The notes under the pieces were generated by a model, which was given only the letters and a program-made list of their open reading frames with translations, searched no databases and was not told where the DNA came from. The position numbers and the translations under genes are program-made. From Patescibacteria group bacterium (GTDB lineage Bacteria > Patescibacteriota > Patescibacteriia > Patescibacteriales > WJLG01): 64,000 nt of DNA. How positions within the stretch are numbered: position 1 is the first letter of the stretch; every line of letters starts with the position of its first letter. Below, one piece after another: positions 10,001 to 18,445 of the stretch. Where the stretch lies: assembly GCA_028716485.1 (NCBI GenBank), contig JAQUPS010000002.1, positions 43,013 through 107,012 of the forward strand, in the 5' to 3' direction.

Positions 10001-11245
10001 ACCTGCTTCTCCGTTAAACGCGCAATCATCGGTATCGGCTTTCCAGTAGCAATAATTATCATTTCCAGTATGGTTTAATTGCGTAGCGCGCGGCCAAGTG
10101 ACTGACTTATACCAGCTGCAGGAAAGAAAAAAATTCAAATTTTTCATTTCATCCGGGCGGATTAGGATTTGATGATCGGCTGAAGCCAGAATCACAAAAT
10201 CAGTATTTATGGCGGGGTCGCTTATTGTTTTCCACACCGAGGCGTTGCCTTGCGAATCCATTGCCCTGGCCTGCCAGTGATACCGGCCGGGTAAGAGATT
10301 TGATACATTAACCGAAGCCATCTGGCCGGAAGCGAAGAAACTGCTGAATGCGGTGGGCGTGCCGGTGAACGAATTTTCTGACGGCTGAACTTCAACCTGC
10401 AACTGCGCTTGATCGCCCGTCGGGCTTGTTGGCATCGCCCGAAATACGACGGCGTTGTCCGTAATATTAACCCCCTCATCTATGATTGTTGCCCCGCCTG
10501 ATTTGAACTGCCCGAGATTTGAAAGAGCTGGAATCGGATTTGGGGCGCTGTCATCAAAAAATTTCAGATCGTCAAAATACAATGATACGGCAGACGCTTC
10601 CAGATAGACGCTATTGAATGGTTGCGTTGCCGGATTTAAGCCGGAAAGATGCCATCCTGAATCAAATGAACCTCCAATGTCGCCATTAATAACAATACGG
10701 CACGTATTATCGGTTTGATTCCAGTATAAATTCATAACATACCATTCATCTTGATTATAATGGCCCAAATCGAGCGAAGGAGCGCCAGCAGGATTGCTTG
10801 AATCAAAAAAGAAATTCAAGTGGTGCTTTGCGGGCCAATCCGAAACCAAAAAACATCCCAAAGGACCAGGGTGGCCAACAGACTCCTGATACATTATGCC
10901 AATCTCTTGATAAGGATTAGAACCGGAACCAATTTTAAAAGTAATCTCAAAATGCCCTAAATCAGGAATACCGCCCCAAGGCGACGAAAACATATAATAC
11001 ATCGCGTACATTGAATCATTGGGCGGAACAATATCGCCACCATAAGGAGGGCTGATGTATTCCGATCCTTGCGTATGCGAATAAATAGTGCCACGCCAAT
11101 AATTCGTCAAAAAATTCAACGAGGAATGTCCCGAATAGAAATCAAAATTTTCATCAACTGGCGTTGATGCTAAAACAGGTTTTTGAGAAGTGAAAAAGGC
11201 GACGGAGAGAGAAAGAAAAAATAGAATAAAAAATTTATTTTTCAT
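7049..11245 (-). CDS. giant secreted multidomain protein with an LCAT/PGAP1-like alpha/beta-hydrolase (lipase/acyltransferase) core and Ig-like repeats
   Basis: 1398 aa with N-terminal signal peptide MKNKFFILFFLSLSVAFF. The core carries VIIVPGILGSSL, FPYDWRLD and a VDIVAHSMGGLVV nucleophile elbow (coding about 9115-9140). Later segments such as YSLDGGKIWTNYTGEF ... STDRAGNRE resemble bacterial Ig/OmpL47-type domains. Confidence 0.8.
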   Translation of the reverse strand: MKNKFFILFFLSLSVAFFTSQKPVLASTPVDENFDFYSGHSSLNFLTNYWRGTIYSHTQGSEYISPPYGGDIVPPNDSMYAMYYMFSSPWGGIPDLGHFEITFKIGSGSNPYQEIGIMYQESVGHPGPLGCFLVSDWPAKHHLNFFFDSSNPAGAPSLDLGHYNQDEWYVMNLYWNQTDNTCRIVINGDIGGSFDSGWHLSGLNPATQPFNSVYLEASAVSLYFDDLKFFDDSAPNPIPALSNLGQFKSGGATIIDEGVNITDNAVVFRAMPTSPTGDQAQLQVEVQPSENSFTGTPTAFSSFFASGQMASVNVSNLLPGRYHWQARAMDSQGNASVWKTISDPAINTDFVILASADHQILIRPDEMKNLNFFLSCSWYKSVTWPRATQLNHTGNDNYCYWKADTDDCAFNGEAGNCFSNSQYQGSGGRIFRPSYLFNLADLIPAGNVVKSAYLRAETNDDNDNPPHIDRELFPQSNADDSFGGYQGSASSLSDVSYYFYGGSNTLTFNFNSSGVSWLNSQIGNNFSLVMRDQYDYDQTEPYNKQGYLGVKNPDLYITYGPPPLAHNPVIIVPGILGSSLDEKELLLNKEIWPDPATYIADPVDEQLNELKMDGSGNSIKNIFTTDVIRKVGGLGFYMDFYGGLINYLKANGYEENKDLFVFPYDWRLDLDQVAGDNTSCESTTTLKCLIEEVKQKTNSDKVDIVAHSMGGLVVKDYAAKFGQDSIDKFIDIATPNLGAPKAAKILEYGDNLGINLKGYYFLSPSKIQEISLQMPSIYQLLPSPEYFNLIGDGYGHYLYNNSNIGGTSLQGELNYNDSLSYLIASNNGISSYFINKNSLLHSQIDDVKINNSYTISGCGTPTIGKIDNLGKKAFLWDEYGLEYVDGDGTVPLKSADYFGDKKYYLSGKDHSQIPGAQEVKDFVYLVLNNQEAEYPFAQSQNFKADDSICGISGKVIEYHCPVEMNIYDDQGNHTGPTANGDIENNVPGVQYDIVDGNKFAFLPASGNYRITGEAVGTGTLEVAIKTVENNQYTNTEYFNSIPLQSDLTRTQINLIPGQESQVVKVDENGDGVFEENKTPDAVLAGNEMNDLVKPATTINIVGIKGNNDYYVSAVKINLAAADDNSGVLKTEYSLDGGKIWTNYTGEFTVSQDGTATILYSSTDRAGNREENKEITFAIDKTKPTISVLLPQEGQEILRNDTLDVEYFAVDNFSGVDTATAKIYLDGNLVNTNLIDLFLQGLGSHQVKITIQDLAGDQAEQTVNFSIITDIDGTIADVNRAYDEKMITKVEAKNSLINNLTDIKNFQEKYGQRIDKEKIMRDKAMAQCLKHKNQAWCDAKIGKIFDRFEYQLNKVNQALIKLKYNLILTKLDVFLRVKWINQAGYNIIREDIKYLLNKI

Positions 11246-11336
11246 AGCGGCAAAAGGGCGAAAAACCCTTTTTAATCGGGTTATATTCCATCTTTATCAT
11301 ACCATATTCTTATCCTCTTACCAACGTCGAATCCGC

Positions 11337-12149
11337 TTAAAACATCCCCGTATACCAGCCGATAATCCGCTGGCCCCAGAATAAAGTAATCAGCAGAGCC
11401 GGGGCTAAAAAAACGCCGAGGGGGACTTTGGAGGACCAGTCTTTTTTGCCGAAAATTACCAGACCGACGCCGATTATCGAGCCGATAAAATAGGTCAGCA
11501 GGATGGCTAAAATCAATTCATCATAACGGCCGGTGGCGAATCCCAGGAGGATTCCCAGGCGGATATCGCCGCCGCCGACCCACTTGCCTTGCGAAACTAA
11601 AAATTGCAGGAGAAAAAAACCGCCGCCGATTATGGCGCAGATTAATAATGTCAGCCAATTATAGCCTAAAAATATATTGAGTAAAAAAATCAGCAAAGCG
11701 GCAGGCAGAGCGACTTTATCAGGAATGAGATACCAGCGCAGATCATAAATAAAAATTGTGGTTAAAGCGAAAATTATCAGCCAATCCTTGATTAAAGATA
11801 AAATAAATTTATTATCGGCGATAAGGTAAAGATTGTCGGACAGGCTTGCTTCACCGAGCAAATTTTTGGCCAGCAGATAAAAAGACAGGGCAAAAAGGCA
11901 GGCAGTGGAAAATTCCACCAGCGGATATTGCCAAGAGATTTTTTTACCGCAACAGCGCCCGCGTCCGCGCAAAAAAAGAAAGCTTAGGACGGGAATATTA
12001 TCGAACCAGGCGATCAGCTTGCGACATTTAGGGCAATAAGACCTGTCCCACAAGGTCTCGTTTTCATGCAGACGCCAGACAAAACAATTGGTAAAACTGC
12101 CGATGATGGCGCCGAACAAAAACGAAACGAAGATAAAATAATAAATCAT
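11337..12149 (-). CDS. pilD: prepilin peptidase (A24 family)
   Basis: 270 aa with the CPKCRKLIAWFDNIPVLSFLFLRGRGRCC zinc-ribbon segment and polytopic membrane topology. Confidence 0.9.
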   Translation of the reverse strand: MIYYFIFVSFLFGAIIGSFTNCFVWRLHENETLWDRSYCPKCRKLIAWFDNIPVLSFLFLRGRGRCCGKKISWQYPLVEFSTACLFALSFYLLAKNLLGEASLSDNLYLIADNKFILSLIKDWLIIFALTTIFIYDLRWYLIPDKVALPAALLIFLLNIFLGYNWLTLLICAIIGGGFFLLQFLVSQGKWVGGGDIRLGILLGFATGRYDELILAILLTYFIGSIIGVGLVIFGKKDWSSKVPLGVFLAPALLITLFWGQRIIGWYTGMF

Positions 12150-12235
12150 AAAAACTTGTAATTACCGTATCCTTTTAGAGCCAAGATATACCGCATCTTT
12201 CTGGATTACCGCCTTTGCGGGAATGACTTAAAAAT

Positions 12236-14551
12236 CTATTTAATCTTGTTCTTCAAGCCATCAAGCAAGCTTTGCGCTTCCTGATTACCCGGATTCAGTT
12301 CCAAGACTTGATTAAAATAATCGATGGCCGACGCGCTATCCCCTTTCTCTTTATACAATAAACCGATAGCCAGCGGCCAGGAATAATCTTGCGGAGCAAG
12401 CTGATAGCCCTTTTTATTATACCATATGGCTTTGTCCAGATCTTTCCGCTGATAATAAATATCGGCGATTTTTTTATACGCCTGCGGATAGCTGGAATTC
12501 ACGGCAACGATCTTTTCATAATAGCTTAGCGCGCTGTCCGCCTCATTTTTTTGCGCATAGGCCGTTCCTAAAAGATTATAATAGCTGATGAGCTGGGTCT
12601 CGATTTCCGGACGATGCGAAAAATAACCGCGGCTGGCCATTGCGGCTAAGGGCAAAGTTTCGAGTCCCTGATTGGCAATATCGATGGCCGCGTCATTACG
12701 CCCCATTTTAAGCTCAAAATCGGCCCAATCCTCGTAGACAAGGCTGATTTGCGGATATTTTTCCGCTAAGGCGGTGAAGTCCTTTTCCGCCGCCGCGACA
12801 TAAGCCTTATCAGAGCCTTGCGCCAGCAGCGCTTCCACATCAGCTTTGCTTTTAGCGAAAGAAAATAAATTTTCCGCGGGTATCGACTCTAAATAAAGCA
12901 GCATGTTGCCCTTCAATTGATCCTGTTCATTCTTGGGCAATTTATCAAAACAAAGCAAGCCGCCGGCAAGATATTCGCCCTGATAAAACAAGCTGTTTCC
13001 CCCACTCCAGGCAATGGCCTTGGAAATATCATTAAGCGCGTCCGGACAATCGCCATTAATGGAAATAACCGCCCGCATAAAATAACGATCCGCCAACAAC
13101 GGCCGGAGGTTGAAATAAAAAATAAAAATGGCGATAAAAATAAAAAAAGAAATAAAAATGGCGGCGCGGGAAAAAACGGTCAGAGATATTTTTATCTCCT
13201 TTCGCGGAGCGGCGCGGGAAAGCGAAAAAATCAACAAACCGAGAATCAGATAAAAATATAAATACTCGGGAATGTCCGAAAAATTAAATAAATTATTGAC
13301 AAAATATCCGGCCAAAGCAAGGACACAGGCGGCGGCCAGCCAATAATTTTCATCGCGCATAGCAGTTTTGAAAAAACGCCGGGCCAAGACAGCCAAATAA
13401 ATAAATAACACGAGATAAATGGCCAGGCCGACAAGGCCGAAAGACAAAACAATATCCAAGAATACATTATGCGCCCGATCCGGCCAGGTGTTTATTTTTT
13501 CATCAAGCGGCCAGCTGGTTTGATAATGCCGGGCGAAAACGTCCGAAAGAGAATCCGGCCCGTAGCCGAAAAACAGGCGGAAAGAGCTTTCCTCTTTTAT
13601 TTCGCTTGCCGCATATTGCCAGATATTCAACCGAGCTCTAATCGACCCCTGGCTAAAATCAAAAACAGATTCCAGCCGGGATTTTAAAGAGTAGTCAAGC
13701 TGAGCCGGCCGGGGAGAAAAGGAAAAAAAGGAAGAGGCGAAAATACCCGCCGCGATAGAAAAAATCAGCAAGCCGAACGCGATTTTCTTCCGCCCTTTTA
13801 AAAACAGAAAAAACAGCAGGGCTAAAAATATTTCCGCGGCCAAGCCCAGCCAAGCCGAACGGCTATAAGTGAGGAGTAGGCAAAAAATCTGCCCCGCCAG
13901 CAGAATGGCAATTAATGACCTGGTCAAAACGCGGCGCGCCCCAAAAACCAGCGCGTAAACCGAAAAAGGGATAATTAATATCAGCCAATGAGCGAAAAAA
14001 TTCGGCTGTCCCAAAGTGGAAAAAATCCGGCCGGTTTCGGCCCATTTTATCAGATCAAGCCCGAAAAACTGGATTAAGCCATAGCCGCAGGCGAGCAAGG
14101 AAGAAAAAATCATGGCATAGACAAAACGCTTAGCGATAGAAAGACTTTGCAGATTGAAGATCAATAACAAAAAAAATAACAAATAAAAAATCAGGGTGAA
14201 AAATCCGTTTTGGCGCTCATAATTGCCCCAGAAACTAAAGGCCGGAATCGGCGCAAAGATAGCGGAAACGAGCCAGGAACAGGCTAACAAGGCAAAAATT
14301 ACCAAAAAATAACGGTTATAGCGGTATTCCAGCTGGCCAGCCAAAAATATCTTCGCCAGAAAAAACAGGCCGGCAAGGGAAACGAAAATCCGGATGATTA
14401 TTACCTTATCCAGCGCGAAAACATTGTAAGTTCCATGGAAAAAAGCGAAAACCAGCGGAATCCAAAAAACTAAAAACAAAAAAATCCAGTCAATGGCTGT
14501 CTGGCAAAAATTAATGATCTTTTCCCGATTGAATGAATAAAGCATAGTCAA
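12236..14551 (-). CDS. O-antigen ligase-like (Wzy_C) polytopic membrane protein with C-terminal TPR repeats
   Basis: 771 aa. It has about 12 TM spans including SRSAWLGL and a long loop typical of Wzy_C/PglL-type proteins. The C-terminal repeats are TPR-like (AIDYFNQVLELNPGNQEA). Confidence 0.75.
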   Translation of the reverse strand: MTMLYSFNREKIINFCQTAIDWIFLFLVFWIPLVFAFFHGTYNVFALDKVIIIRIFVSLAGLFFLAKIFLAGQLEYRYNRYFLVIFALLACSWLVSAIFAPIPAFSFWGNYERQNGFFTLIFYLLFFLLLIFNLQSLSIAKRFVYAMIFSSLLACGYGLIQFFGLDLIKWAETGRIFSTLGQPNFFAHWLILIIPFSVYALVFGARRVLTRSLIAILLAGQIFCLLLTYSRSAWLGLAAEIFLALLFFLFLKGRKKIAFGLLIFSIAAGIFASSFFSFSPRPAQLDYSLKSRLESVFDFSQGSIRARLNIWQYAASEIKEESSFRLFFGYGPDSLSDVFARHYQTSWPLDEKINTWPDRAHNVFLDIVLSFGLVGLAIYLVLFIYLAVLARRFFKTAMRDENYWLAAACVLALAGYFVNNLFNFSDIPEYLYFYLILGLLIFSLSRAAPRKEIKISLTVFSRAAIFISFFIFIAIFIFYFNLRPLLADRYFMRAVISINGDCPDALNDISKAIAWSGGNSLFYQGEYLAGGLLCFDKLPKNEQDQLKGNMLLYLESIPAENLFSFAKSKADVEALLAQGSDKAYVAAAEKDFTALAEKYPQISLVYEDWADFELKMGRNDAAIDIANQGLETLPLAAMASRGYFSHRPEIETQLISYYNLLGTAYAQKNEADSALSYYEKIVAVNSSYPQAYKKIADIYYQRKDLDKAIWYNKKGYQLAPQDYSWPLAIGLLYKEKGDSASAIDYFNQVLELNPGNQEAQSLLDGLKNKIK

Positions 14552-14580
14552 TTATTATACCACTCAACTAAACAAAAATA

Positions 14581-14637
14581 AAATTCCCCCCTCGCCATTT
14601 TTTAAAAATACTTTAAAAAAATAGTGAGGGGGGAATT
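14581..14637 (-). terminator. strong terminator hairpin after the pilin gene
   Basis: 14-bp stem aaaattcccccctc / gaggggggaatttt, with a T-run on the minus strand. Confidence 0.7.
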
Positions 14638-14684
14638 TTTACAATAGTTTTTCCAATTAATCAAACTGAACGAATCTCAATCCT

Positions 14685-15134
14685 TCACGGCCAGACACCA
14701 TCGGCAGTTCCGTTCGGAGTAGCTATGTGCCCTCCTGCCACAATTCCTCCGGTATTTCCGGCTAAACAATACTTTATGCTATAAGATGTCAGAGAGTCTC
14801 GAGTATAAGCAAAATCAGCCGCGTCAGTACCACTGCATTTGCCATCAATCCAAGGTTTCGGACTAGACGGAACAATGCCCATATAAGTAGCCGTGCCAGA
14901 CGCTATTTTTCCACCAATGGCAACGGTTGTCGGATAAGCACCGGTATCGCTGTAGTAGAGTTCGAGCGCGGTCATCATCTGCTTGATATCAGCGGCGCGC
15001 ACGGCGTCTCTTGATTTCTGCCGGGCATTATTAAGGGCCACGATTGACAAGGTTGAGAGCAGGCCGATGATGGCGATAACCACCAACAACTCAACCAGGG
15101 TGAAGCCTTCGCTTCGTTTGTTTTTTTGAAGCAT
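14685..15134 (-). CDS. type IV pilin / pseudopilin
   Basis: 149 aa with a class III signal and N-methylation motif: KRSEG|FTLVELLVVIAIIGLLSTL. Confidence 0.9.
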   Translation of the reverse strand: MLQKNKRSEGFTLVELLVVIAIIGLLSTLSIVALNNARQKSRDAVRAADIKQMMTALELYYSDTGAYPTTVAIGGKIASGTATYMGIVPSSPKPWIDGKCSGTDAADFAYTRDSLTSYSIKYCLAGNTGGIVAGGHIATPNGTADGVWP

Positions 15135-15212
15135 AATTATTCTTCCGCCTTGCTTTGCCGGCTCTATCGTCCGGCTGAAAAGCGAGTCAGTTATTTATAT
15201 TTAATTAATTAA

Positions 15213-15241
15213 ATTGTAGCACAAACACAAAACTCCAACAA
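15213..15241 (-). promoter_or_regulatory. candidate sigma70-type promoter of the pilin gene
   Basis: On the minus strand: TTGTTG, 17 nt, then TGCTACAAT (extended -10). It lies about 80 nt upstream of the pilin ATG. Confidence 0.45.
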
Positions 15242-15307
15242 TGTTTACTTATCCACACCCTACCTATATTATACAATGTTTAGAGAAAGTTGGTAAGGGG
15301 CGATTGG

Positions 15308-15401
15308 TTAATATCCAATATCCAATAACCAATACTTAAAACAATAGAAAAATATTAAATAATTAAGGATTGGTTATTGGTTATTTGATATTGGATATTA
15401 A
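15308..15401. repeat. long AT-rich imperfect inverted repeat
   Basis: ttaatatccaatatccaataaccaat ... attggttattggttatttgatattggatattaa, abutting the pilC stop. Confidence 0.75.
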
Positions 15402-15402
15402 A

Positions 15403-16608
15403 TTATATCTGTCCGGCCAGATTATACATCGGCATGATTATCGCGGCCACCATCACGCCGACTGCCACGCCCATCACTACCATTATTGAAGGCTCAAGCA
15501 GGGCGACCAGATTGGCCAAAATATTCTGGATTTCCCGCGCGTAAAAATCAGTGACTTTCCGAAAAACCAAATCCAGCTTGCCGGTTTTTTCGCCGACCAC
15601 GATCATTTGCGGCACCATTTTCGGCACCGTGTCGCTGGCCAAGAAAACTTTGGCTAATGAACCGCCTTCTTCCACGCTGCGGCGGCTTTTGTCGATCAAA
15701 TCTTTATAAACGGTATTCCCTACCACTCCGGCCACCACTTCCAAACTTTTAGAAATGGTCACGCCGCCGACAATCAGAGTATTCATCGATCTGGTAAAAC
15801 GCACAATGTAGATCAGCTGAAAAAGATTGCCGAAAACCGGCAGCTTCAATTTGATCAGATCAAAAACCCTTTTCCCCGCTTCAGTATTCAGAAAAACACG
15901 GATAAGAATAGCGGTAACGATGAGTAAAATAACCAACAGCCACCAATAAGCGATCATAAAGCTGGAAATGGCCATCACGATTCTGGTGGATAAAGGCAAA
16001 GTGCCGCCGGTCTCTTTAAGAATACTGGTTAATTGAGGCACTACCACTACCATCATTAAAATTCCGACCGCGACCAAACCCACCAGCACAAAGGCCGGAT
16101 AGATCATCGCCCCCTTGATCTTGGAAGTCATGTCATAATCTTTTTCCATTTCATCAGCCAGGTAATTCAATACCTCGTCCAGGCGGCCGGAAGTCTCGCC
16201 GGATTTGACCACGTTAGTGTAAAAAGCCGTAAAAATTTTCGGCCGCTTGATCATGGCCGCCGACAGAGTCGAGCCTCCCTCCACTTCATAGGCTATTTCG
16301 GAAATATTCATCTTCAGGGAAACGTTGGTTGTCTGTTCGGCCGCGATCCGCAAAGATTGCACCAGAGCCAGATTGGCGGAGATCATCACGGAAAATTGCC
16401 GCGAAAAAACCACCAAATCCCTGGTCTTGACCGGCTGAAAAAAAGTCGTCAGCTTTAATTCCAAGCTGTCCGTCTTATCCTTAAGGCTGATGTCGGTCAA
16501 TGTCAATTCTTCCAATCTTTCATTGGCGGCGCGGCGATTATAAGCGTTCAGCAAACCGTTGACTTTCTTGCCTTGCGCGTTAATGGCATCATAGCGATAG
16601 ATGGGCAT
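15403..16608 (-). CDS. pilC: type IV pilus platform protein PilC (GspF family)
   Basis: The two GspF repeats, three TM spans and MPIYRYDAINAQGKK N-terminus are typical. The track ORF starts 15 codons upstream at 16653, so the start is ambiguous. Confidence 0.9.
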   Translation of the reverse strand: MPIYRYDAINAQGKKVNGLLNAYNRRAANERLEELTLTDISLKDKTDSLELKLTTFFQPVKTRDLVVFSRQFSVMISANLALVQSLRIAAEQTTNVSLKMNISEIAYEVEGGSTLSAAMIKRPKIFTAFYTNVVKSGETSGRLDEVLNYLADEMEKDYDMTSKIKGAMIYPAFVLVGLVAVGILMMVVVVPQLTSILKETGGTLPLSTRIVMAISSFMIAYWWLLVILLIVTAILIRVFLNTEAGKRVFDLIKLKLPVFGNLFQLIYIVRFTRSMNTLIVGGVTISKSLEVVAGVVGNTVYKDLIDKSRRSVEEGGSLAKVFLASDTVPKMVPQMIVVGEKTGKLDLVFRKVTDFYAREIQNILANLVALLEPSIMVVMGVAVGVMVAAIIMPMYNLAGQI

Positions 16609-16739
16609 ATTAGGTTGGTATTTAGTATGAAGTATTAAGTATATGTTTTGCAAAATGATTTTCTTGTGCGCCCAGAAAACAAAGTAATAATCATTTATTT
16701 AATAAACTTTTATTCCGGAAATATACTAAATACTTGATA

Positions 16740-17783
16740 CTATATTTCGATATCCCCTGCTTCGGTTCGATCCACTTCCCCGGACAAAACCAGATCCTTG
16801 ATTGATTTATTCATGCTGATCATCCCCTCTTCGGTCGAATTCTGGATAATTCCTTCCAATTGATAAATATTGCCCTCCCTGATCAATGATTTGACGGCAA
16901 AATTGGACAAGAGCACTTCCAGCGCCAAAGAAAGGCTGCCTTCCCGGTTAGGGATCAGCCTTTGCACGATCACTCCGAAAAACACGTCAGCCAGCATAAA
17001 ATGGACCGCCTCCCTGGTTAGGCTCTGGCTGGAAGTGTTAAGAATTTTTTCCAACGCGCGGATCGAATTTTCCGCGTTGACTTCCAGGATAACCAAAGTG
17101 TTGCCGGAGGCTAATTCCAGAATATACGGCAGCGCCTGCTCGAAATCCACTCTGATCTCGTCAATATAAACGACATCGACGTCTTCTTCCAGGCAATGCC
17201 GCAGGCCATCCAGAAAATTATTGACGTCGCGGCCGACTTGGCGCTGATCGATCAGGCTTTTTTTGTTGACGAAAATTTTCTCGATCGGGTCTTCAAGCGT
17301 AATGACATACTTTTTCTTTTCTTTATTGATCCGTTCGATAACGGAAGCGATGGTGGAAGTTTTTCCCGCGGCCGGCGGACCGGCGACGATCAGCAGGCCG
17401 GTGGCGTTAAGCAGATTTTTTTTGAAAGTATTGGGAAATCCCAGGTCATCCAAATCGGCGATCACTTCGGAAATATAAGACAGGGAAATTGCCGGGCTGT
17501 CTTTTTGATAAAAGATATTGACGCGAAAACGAAAATTTTCCCCGAAATCCCGGACAAAAAGCAATTCTTTTTTTTCCGCCAGAATATTCAGCTCGGCTTC
17601 GGAGAGGAAAGAGCGGACGATCTTTTCCAAATCTTCCTTCACGAGCACTTCCTCGCCGGCAGCTGAAAGCCGCCCGTAAATTCGCAGCATGGGGGCGCTG
17701 CCAACCGACAAATGCAAACCCGAGGCGTTTTTTTTGGCCAAGTCAAGCAGCATCTTTTTGAAAAATTCAACGGGAGAATCCAT
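16740..17783 (-). CDS. pilT: twitching-motility retraction ATPase PilT
   Basis: 347 aa with Walker A GPPAAGKTST, Asp box and Walker B VVYIDEI. It lacks the N-terminal GSPII domains found in PilB. Confidence 0.88.
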   Translation of the reverse strand: MDSPVEFFKKMLLDLAKKNASGLHLSVGSAPMLRIYGRLSAAGEEVLVKEDLEKIVRSFLSEAELNILAEKKELLFVRDFGENFRFRVNIFYQKDSPAISLSYISEVIADLDDLGFPNTFKKNLLNATGLLIVAGPPAAGKTSTIASVIERINKEKKKYVITLEDPIEKIFVNKKSLIDQRQVGRDVNNFLDGLRHCLEEDVDVVYIDEIRVDFEQALPYILELASGNTLVILEVNAENSIRALEKILNTSSQSLTREAVHFMLADVFFGVIVQRLIPNREGSLSLALEVLLSNFAVKSLIREGNIYQLEGIIQNSTEEGMISMNKSIKDLVLSGEVDRTEAGDIEI

Positions 17784-17832
17784 ACGATAAGTTAAAAGTT
17801 AAAAGTTAAAAGTTAAAAATATTTTTTAATTT

Positions 17833-18243
17833 TTATTTTTTAATTGCCCTTTCTATCACTTCCTTTATCTTATCAATTACTTCGGCAAAGGTGAAATTAT
17901 CGCGGACAATATATTCGGCGGCGCCGGCGGCCTGGCCGGCGGCGATATCATTCTCGGACGACAAATCGGTCAAAATCACCGCCGGGGTTGCCGCTATTTC
18001 CGGATGCTTTTTCATCTCCTTGATAAAACCGAAATCTTCGGCTTTGGGCAAACTGATATCCAGAACGATCAAATCCGGCTTTTCTTTTAAGGCCATCTCC
18101 AAACCATGATCCTCGTCGCTCTCCACGATCACCTCAAAACCGGCTTCCTTCAGTTTGGTAACATAAAACTCGATAAAATCCGGATAATCTTCCAGAAGCA
18201 GAATCTTTAATTTGCCTTCATTGCCATTCATTTCTTTAATCAT
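17833..18243 (-). CDS. stand-alone response-regulator receiver domain (CheY-like)
   Basis: KILLLEDYPDF, the phospho-acceptor context LIVLDISLP, and a K in ILTD...; there is no output domain. The start was chosen at MIKEM; the track ORF starts at 18288. Confidence 0.85.
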   Translation of the reverse strand: MIKEMNGNEGKLKILLLEDYPDFIEFYVTKLKEAGFEVIVESDEDHGLEMALKEKPDLIVLDISLPKAEDFGFIKEMKKHPEIAATPAVILTDLSSENDIAAGQAAGAAEYIVRDNFTFAEVIDKIKEVIERAIKK

Positions 18244-18288
18244 AATTAATATATTGTGGATACTGCTAACTTCAAAAATCCGAAGCAT

Positions 18289-18443
18289 GAAATCCTAAAT
18301 CCTAAACAAGCACGAAATTAAAATGTTCGAAATCTAAAATTTTTTCCTGATTTTATGATGTTTGTCTAAAAAAGTTTTGAACATTTGAATTTTGATAATT
18401 CGGATTTGTTTTGGATTTAGAGCTTAGGATTTCGGATTTAATC
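18289..18443. repeat. about 150-bp AT-rich palindromic intergenic element (family copy 1)
   Basis: The arms aaatcctaaatcctaaacaagcacgaaat ... atttgttttggatttagagcttaggatttcgg fold back on each other. It is related in inverted orientation to 22164-22316. Confidence 0.75.
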
Positions 18444-18445
18444 CC

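Noticed and set aside
10222-10479. 85-aa minus-strand ORF in another frame of the giant protein gene, and the + strand ORFs 7584-10078
   Set aside because: They are embedded in the 1398-aa gene, which has a coherent domain structure. Their translations are low-complexity.
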